Of a DNA stretch of 12,755 bases, positions 6,907 to 12,755 are shown in pieces. The position numbers and the translations under genes are program-made. A model generated the notes under the pieces. That model worked only from the letters and a program-made list of their open reading frames with translations, was not told the origin of the DNA and did no database searches. How positions within the stretch are numbered: position 1 is the first letter of the stretch; each line of letters opens with the position of its first letter. The DNA is from an uncultured Fidelibacterota bacterium (GTDB lineage: Bacteria; Fidelibacterota; Marinisomatia; Marinisomatales; UBA1611): the NCBI GenBank assembly GCA_913040915.1, contig CAJWHW010000036.1:1-12755 (forward strand), in the 5' to 3' direction.

Positions 6907-8793
6907 TCACTTTTCCACAGGCACTACAATTCCCTGGATGATTACACGTTGTGCAAATATGAAAACAACGAGAGTTGGCACTGCGGCAATAAGAAATGAA
7001 GCAAATTGCACTCCCTGAGTTGTGTGCCAGTTTAACTGAGAGAGCCAAACCATCAACGTCCACATATCGCTATCTTGGCAAAGGAGCAGTGCAAACATAT
7101 AATTTCCGTAGGCTGCAGTAAAGGAAAATAAAGCAATAATTGCTAATACGGGTTTCGATAGTTTCATGGTAATATTCCAGAATTTAAACCATTCTGAAGC
7201 ACCATCGATATCTGATGCATCGTAGAGTTCCCGGGGGAGTGTATCAAAAAATCCTTTTAGTAAAAAAATTGAATAGCCGTTAGCCGCCCCCGGTAATACA
7301 AGTGCTGCAAAGGTATTCAACAGGCCTAAATCCTTCAACAATAAGTAAGTGGGGATCATAGTTACCATTGCAGGAAAAGCGATCGTTGTAATGAAAAATA
7401 AAAGCACTTTATACTGAGTTGGCAAATTATAACGAGAGAGAGCATAAGCGGCCAGCGGATTAACGGTAAGAGCAAGTAACACCGCCAGAGAACAATAAAT
7501 GATGGTGTTAATGATTCCCCGACCATGACCTGAGATATATTCAAAAACCATTTTGTAGTTACGGGTTAAATAATGCAAACGTAGTTCAAGGGTATGGTTG
7601 AGTACAAAGTGATAGTCCATCTGCTTTTGCGGGAGGAATATTTCCGCAAAGGAAGCATATTCAACACCATGGGCTTTGTTCAGGGACTCCAAGCTAGAAT
7701 ATGCAGACCTGAGATATTTTTGCCAACGCAGCTCAGGTGTATCCAGGGTAATATATTCGATCGGTAATCGTTCGTCATCCTCTAAAAATGCAACAAAATC
7801 AAAAGCAGCTGGAATAGAATAACCCAAATCCACAGGAAAGACAATATCTTGGAAAGTGCTAAAAGATGATTTATAGAGTTTATTTAGGTTTTTGATATCA
7901 GCATATTTTTCCTGCAAAAATTTAGAGTATAACTGCAAAGCCGGTTCAGAAACCTGAATAAATTGCGGATGTATATAGTTGCGTACATAGTTTTCCCAAG
8001 AAATGCGTCCAATAGATTTCGGTACCGTTGGTGTAAGGATTATTTCACTGAAGGATTGATACGTTGTGTTGTTCAATTTATTAAATTTTGAAATTTCACC
8101 ATCAAACTGTTGGTCTCCCTTACATTTATCTTGATAATCACCATTAACTGATAAATATATTCGTTCGCTGTATTGGCTATTTTTTTTGAAATCGTTAAAT
8201 GCTATCGTCAGATTATCATCTGGAACTAAAGAGTAATTGCGATCCAAATATCGTTCAATATTCGCTTCCAGATAGTTCCAATTTTGTAAAACAGAAGAGT
8301 AATTTTGACGAAATATTTCCTCTTCCCCATTACAAATCTCTTTTATATAATTTCGAAATTCTCGTAGATTTTTTGGGATTATTTTTTGCCGGTTTCCACT
8401 CCTATAGGTCATAGAACCCATATGAAAAGATGAAGGTACAGACTCTTTCTGACAAAATTCCAGCCAGTCTTGAATCAATTGTTTTACAGGCAATTGCGGG
8501 GAAGAAACCATACGAAAACGCAGCGCATCATCTCCTGTCGCTACCCGGTAATCCTGAATACGCTCATTATATTTCTCTTCCAGATAGCGTTTAAACAACA
8601 CTTCATCATCAATTAAAAATGCAGGGATGAAATCATATTGGTGCACATCCATTTTTCCTTTAAATGATCCTGAAGTCATCCACAAAAAAGGGAAAACCAT
8701 TGTAGTTCCACCAATAAGCAAAAGCAGGTAGCATCCAAGAATAACCAATCGAGCCCAAGTACTTTTTCGTTCAGATTTAAGTATAATCGACAT
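6907..8793 (-). CDS. Carbohydrate (CUT1) ABC transporter permease, MalG-like, with a large extracytoplasmic insertion
   Basis: N-terminal TM and PFLWMTSGSFK. C-terminal AAYALSRY, LGLLNT and EAA-loop variant ELYDASDIDGAS. About 350 extra soluble residues between TM1 and TM2. AGGA Shine-Dalgarno upstream. Confidence 0.92.
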   Translation of the reverse strand: MSIILKSERKSTWARLVILGCYLLLLIGGTTMVFPFLWMTSGSFKGKMDVHQYDFIPAFLIDDEVLFKRYLEEKYNERIQDYRVATGDDALRFRMVSSPQLPVKQLIQDWLEFCQKESVPSSFHMGSMTYRSGNRQKIIPKNLREFRNYIKEICNGEEEIFRQNYSSVLQNWNYLEANIERYLDRNYSLVPDDNLTIAFNDFKKNSQYSERIYLSVNGDYQDKCKGDQQFDGEISKFNKLNNTTYQSFSEIILTPTVPKSIGRISWENYVRNYIHPQFIQVSEPALQLYSKFLQEKYADIKNLNKLYKSSFSTFQDIVFPVDLGYSIPAAFDFVAFLEDDERLPIEYITLDTPELRWQKYLRSAYSSLESLNKAHGVEYASFAEIFLPQKQMDYHFVLNHTLELRLHYLTRNYKMVFEYISGHGRGIINTIIYCSLAVLLALTVNPLAAYALSRYNLPTQYKVLLFFITTIAFPAMVTMIPTYLLLKDLGLLNTFAALVLPGAANGYSIFLLKGFFDTLPRELYDASDIDGASEWFKFWNITMKLSKPVLAIIALFSFTAAYGNYMFALLLCQDSDMWTLMVWLSQLNWHTTQGVQFASFLIAAVPTLVVFIFAQRVIIQGIVVPVEK

Positions 8794-8823
8794 TTGTTAT
8801 CCTATCCTTTTCTATTCCCTTTC

Positions 8824-11328
8824 CTACTTGGCAGTTGTAAAAGTTAATTGTGATAACTTACGCATCTGGAAGACGGTGAAACCCATGAGGATGAACCCCA
8901 AAATCCAAGCCATTGCAGTGGCAACTCCAAAGCGTTGAAACATAAATGCATTGAAGAAAATTTCCAGTCCGACTACCATTGTCGCACGATCCGGCCCACC
9001 CCCGGTCATCACCAGCACTGTATCTGTTGCCTGAAAAGCAGCGATCAGAGCAAAAATTAACTGTATCCTGATCAATGGTTTGATCATCGGCAGCGTAATA
9101 TATCGAATGCGGTCGATGAACCCACAGCCATCGAGCGCAGCGGATTCATACATTTCATCAGGTACAGTCTTTAATGCAGCCAAGTAGATCAGGCATCCCG
9201 GCCCCAACTGCGCCCAGGCCTGCGGAAGCATAATTGCCAGCATGGCGGTAGATTTATTACCTAACCACCAAATCGGTTCCAATCCAAAAACACCCAATAA
9301 TTGGTTCATTAATCCACTTTCCGTCGGGTTAAAAAAGTTTTTCCATAAAAGCATCGTTACAACGCCAGATACGACTGCCGGTAGGTAATAAAGTACCCGA
9401 AAAAAAACTTTACCCATCGGAATTTCATTAAGTAGTATAGCCAGGAATATTGGTGGGATAAAAACAAGGAGAATAAAGAGGGCTGAATAATAAAACGCAA
9501 CAAGAATTGACTGCCAAAAATCCCAGTCAAAAAAAACAAGAGAGAAATTGGTCATTCCGGTAAACTCTGCACCATGTATTACACTATATTCTTGGAACGC
9601 CATTAAACCGCCTCGGAGTAGTGGATAGTAATTAAATATCAAGACGATCAGTGCAGCTGGGACTAGCAGAATATATGCTAGTCGGAATTTTTTAAAATGT
9701 GATTGATTGGAGGACGCGCCGAGGTGGTCGGGGGTAAAAACGCGCCAGATATAGATAAAAAGGAAAATAAACATCACGAAAATAATAGAAGCAATTACCA
9801 GGGAGACTATTTCACGAAGCTGGCGAACATCTTCAGGTATAATTTTCATCATTTTTTCATTGGTTTTTTGGACCGCTTCATCATAAAACTCCTGCAACTT
9901 ATCCAGACGATATTGCCGATCTGGGTGCTGGGCGAGGTCCTCCCCATAGGCCCTAACAATCGGGCTAGCCATCATCTGATAAATATACTGGGTGTTTTTC
10001 CCATAGGGTTCTGGTACGCAGTTCTTTAGTGAATAATAAACCGCATCTGCCCATTCCTGAGGTACCTGTGATATATACTCTTCATACCCATATTTTTTTA
10101 GTAAGTCCGGCCGGATATATTTAGCATTATTGCTAGCGATATTCATTTCAATTTTAATTCGCTCGGCTTCATCACCAGAAGCGTATCGAATATATTTCCA
10201 GACGGCATCCCGAACCGCCGGATCTTTAACTGTTGAAGTAATGCCATTAAGCATAAAACGAAGTTCGCTGACACTCCTACCATTTGGTGCTGTAGGGATA
10301 CGGGCAATACCGACCTCATCATAACTTCGGCCTTGTAAGCCCAACCCTTCATTCATTATCCCTACGTTAAGATGAGTGAAAACCATGGCTACCTGGTCAT
10401 TATCCCACTGATCCCAAACACCTCGGCTAGCACCGTATTTCCCAATACCACGAATAGCTTTACCAGTTTGTGGATGCGTCCATTCTTTAGAAACCAGCTT
10501 TATCCAAAAATCTGCGGCAGTTGTTACCCCTGGTCCATTAAAAGCAGCACGCCAACTGCCATCATGCGGATCCTGAATAACACGAGTTGTATTCATGGAA
10601 AGAAATAGTGGAGAACCTTCCCAACTGGCCCAAATATCATATGCACCAGTGCCAAAAAAGGCATATCGATTTTCTTCAGGATTAGTAATCTTTTTCCCTA
10701 CTTCCCACAACTCATCCCAAGTTTTCGGGATTTCTTTCGCAGGATCAAGTCCAGCTTCGCGGAAAAGAATCTTATTATATGCCAGCACCCGAACACGAGT
10801 ATCTTTAGGAAGACAATAAAAATGTTTTTTACCATCAGGGCCAATACTGTAGAGAGCATCTATTGCTTGTGGATGTACTCGTGCTTCTAATTCATCCCGA
10901 TACATAATATTTTCATCAAAAATACCCTGTGCGCGGGCTTCTAATGCGGTAATCTCGGTATTTATCCACTCATCCAAAGGATACAAAAACCCTTTTTGAA
11001 TATAGCTACCCAATTCCCAAATTTCGAATTCAAGTAAATCAGCAGCCGTGCCTCCGGCAATTGCAAGTAGAGTACTTGCTCCTCCTTCAACCCCTTCCAG
11101 CCATAAACGTTGGCTACCATGCTGTAGTCTGATATATGGATATTTCTTTAGAAAAGATTGCCTTATAGCTTTCTCTACTTTGATATTAAAATTTGAGCTT
11201 AACGACTTGCTCCCATAAACTCCTTCCAGATTTATGATAACTTCTTCTACCGGATCTTTCTTAACCTGTGTGTAAACGGAATTAGCAAGTAGGTTTACCA
11301 ATAATAGTAATAACTTTAATTGGGACAT
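8824..11328 (-). CDS. Fused extracellular solute-binding protein (family 1) and MalF-like ABC permease
   Basis: Signal peptide, SBP motifs (GFLYPLDEW, YNKILFREAGLDP, PKTWDEL), TM from about 9810, permease motifs (LAILLNE, FFRVLYYLPAV, EMYESAALDG, TGGGP). One uninterrupted frame. ATG 11328 preferred over 11367. Confidence 0.92.
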   Translation of the reverse strand: MSQLKLLLLLVNLLANSVYTQVKKDPVEEVIINLEGVYGSKSLSSNFNIKVEKAIRQSFLKKYPYIRLQHGSQRLWLEGVEGGASTLLAIAGGTAADLLEFEIWELGSYIQKGFLYPLDEWINTEITALEARAQGIFDENIMYRDELEARVHPQAIDALYSIGPDGKKHFYCLPKDTRVRVLAYNKILFREAGLDPAKEIPKTWDELWEVGKKITNPEENRYAFFGTGAYDIWASWEGSPLFLSMNTTRVIQDPHDGSWRAAFNGPGVTTAADFWIKLVSKEWTHPQTGKAIRGIGKYGASRGVWDQWDNDQVAMVFTHLNVGIMNEGLGLQGRSYDEVGIARIPTAPNGRSVSELRFMLNGITSTVKDPAVRDAVWKYIRYASGDEAERIKIEMNIASNNAKYIRPDLLKKYGYEEYISQVPQEWADAVYYSLKNCVPEPYGKNTQYIYQMMASPIVRAYGEDLAQHPDRQYRLDKLQEFYDEAVQKTNEKMMKIIPEDVRQLREIVSLVIASIIFVMFIFLFIYIWRVFTPDHLGASSNQSHFKKFRLAYILLVPAALIVLIFNYYPLLRGGLMAFQEYSVIHGAEFTGMTNFSLVFFDWDFWQSILVAFYYSALFILLVFIPPIFLAILLNEIPMGKVFFRVLYYLPAVVSGVVTMLLWKNFFNPTESGLMNQLLGVFGLEPIWWLGNKSTAMLAIMLPQAWAQLGPGCLIYLAALKTVPDEMYESAALDGCGFIDRIRYITLPMIKPLIRIQLIFALIAAFQATDTVLVMTGGGPDRATMVVGLEIFFNAFMFQRFGVATAMAWILGFILMGFTVFQMRKLSQLTFTTAK

Positions 11329-11622
11329 CTGATAATCTACTAATCTACTAAAAATAAAGAATACCATGAATTTGAGGTTTTATGTTTGTGGAATAAATCG
11401 ACGTCTATTATTCCTTTAGTCAATTTAAAATAGAAAAAGCTACGTGAGTCTCGCAACCTAAGTTCAAATTTTATACATCATTAGTCTAGTATAATCTTAA
11501 TTTGTTTTTAGAGCTTTTCTATATAAAAAAAGAGACAAAAATTGATGTGTAACATTTTGTAAGTTTTTTATTGAAAATATTATTATTACATTAAAATTTA
11601 TTTGGAGGTTCGAAATTAGTTA

Positions 11623-12555
11623 ATGAGTATTGAAATCTGGGATCCTCATTTCCATATCTGGGATATTTCTAAAAGTACTAAAAGTGGGCATGATGCTAGT
11701 CAACTATTCGTACTGAATAATAAGCCTATTTATTCATGGAAAGAATACGAATATGATATTAAGCAGGCAGGGTCATCATTTTCGTACATAGGTGGTGCCT
11801 TTGTTGAGGTTGTAAGCGTTTGCCACACTCAGATATCAGGTACTCCCTTTTCAGAAGCCTGCATTGCGGAGACAAATTGGGTCTCCAGTCAATTAGAACA
11901 GTCTCAAAAAAAATATGTGATAGTTTCTTCTGCTCCGCTTGAAAACCCCCAAATTGGTAATATCCTCTCCAAGCTTACAGAATATTCAAAAGTTCGTGGT
12001 ATCAGACAGATCATTAATCACGATCCTTCTTGGCCAAGAAATGAAAGACTTGGAAATCTCCTTAATAATCAAAACTGGGAACATGGTTTTAGTAAGTTAC
12101 ACAATTTCTCATTATCTTTTGATTTACAACTCAATCCTCACCAGTATAAAAAAGCTGCTAAACTGATTAAAAAATTTCCTGAAACAATAGTAATAATCGA
12201 TCATTTGGGGACTCCAAGATTAGAAGACCTTCTTGGTAGAAGTAAACAATACTGGGACGGAATGGCCTCTCTTGCTTCCTGTGAGAACATATATATTAAA
12301 ATTTCTATGCTCTGTTACATTCATGAAGATTGGAGTAACAATAATGTTGTGAAAGACGCTGTCTACCGGATTATTGAAATTTTTGGAATTGATCGATGCT
12401 TTTTTGCTTCAAATTTTCCTGTTGACATAAGAGATGGATGGCCTGCAGAAAGATTGTATAGTGCATTTTTGAAACTTGTTGAAAATAAATATACATCATC
12501 AGACATCAAGAAACTTTTTTCTGAAAATGCTAAACGCGCTTACCGGTCTATTTAA
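11623..12555 (+). CDS. Amidohydrolase-2 family protein (COG3618, sugar-lactonase-like)
   Basis: DPHFHIWD (HxH), VRGIRQI, LSFDLQ, IIDHLG, YIKIS and RCFFASNFPV. GGAGG upstream. Confidence 0.88.
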   Translation: MSIEIWDPHFHIWDISKSTKSGHDASQLFVLNNKPIYSWKEYEYDIKQAGSSFSYIGGAFVEVVSVCHTQISGTPFSEACIAETNWVSSQLEQSQKKYVIVSSAPLENPQIGNILSKLTEYSKVRGIRQIINHDPSWPRNERLGNLLNNQNWEHGFSKLHNFSLSFDLQLNPHQYKKAAKLIKKFPETIVIIDHLGTPRLEDLLGRSKQYWDGMASLASCENIYIKISMLCYIHEDWSNNNVVKDAVYRIIEIFGIDRCFFASNFPVDIRDGWPAERLYSAFLKLVENKYTSSDIKKLFSENAKRAYRSI

Positions 12556-12755
12556 TTATATGAACTTACCAATAAAATCTGGTATTGGCCTGATTTAGAA
12601 ACTACAGCCACATAGTACAGTAATTTTTAGTTATCAGAAAACAGTTTGTTCTTTGAACTCAAGCAAGAAATTATTAACCAATTTATTGCTTTATTCCCTA
12701 TATTCAATCTGAGTCTAATCTCCGTATTAATCAAACAGAAGTAATCCAATAATAT

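Noticed and set aside
7567..8622. Active beta-galactosidase fused to the permease
   Set aside because: Only the small helical motif recurs, and no TIM-barrel or catalytic NE motif of GH42 is recognisable.
5679..11562. TTACAAATGTTA / TAACATTTTGTAA as terminal inverted repeats of the GC-richer block
   Set aside because: Only about 12 AT-rich bp with an indel, no extension, no target-site duplication and no transposase.
5728..12166. Nested or antisense ORFs in the track (5728, 6286, 6821, 7362, 8199, 9357, 9703, 10130, 10143, 10372, 10595, 11939)
   Set aside because: They overlap confidently assigned genes in other frames and have no recognisable motifs.
12556..12755. Gene at the right edge
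   Set aside because: ATG 12560 closes after 12 codons, and the incoming minus frames are short or not recognisable.

Overview
AT-rich bacterial DNA, probably from a marine FCB-group genome. Marinimicrobia is my inference from a ...PVSAGxYxY...TKKMxLLK sorting-domain relic and from gene style. Left part (1-5660): a patchwork of small exported or membrane genes in mixed orientation, including an exported alpha/beta-hydrolase, an NTF2-like protein, two lipoproteins, a DUF2652 cyclase-like protein, an AlkB-family di-iron monooxygenase, two small proteins sharing one N-terminal anchor, and a C-terminal sorting-domain pseudogene relic. Several of these genes share a 25-50 bp upstream element ending in a TANNNT -10-like box, often 5 nt before the ATG. 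Right part (5693-12555): a GC-richer uptake/catabolism cluster. It contains a solute-binding protein fused to a MalF-type permease, a MalG-type permease with a ~350-aa insertion of five GH42-like helical repeats, a 94-aa hypothetical coupled to a PhyH-family Fe(II)/2OG dioxygenase, and a divergent lactonase-like amidohydrolase. There is no ABC ATPase in the window. No RNA genes, CRISPR, integrase or transposase were seen. All alignments and counts were done by eye.
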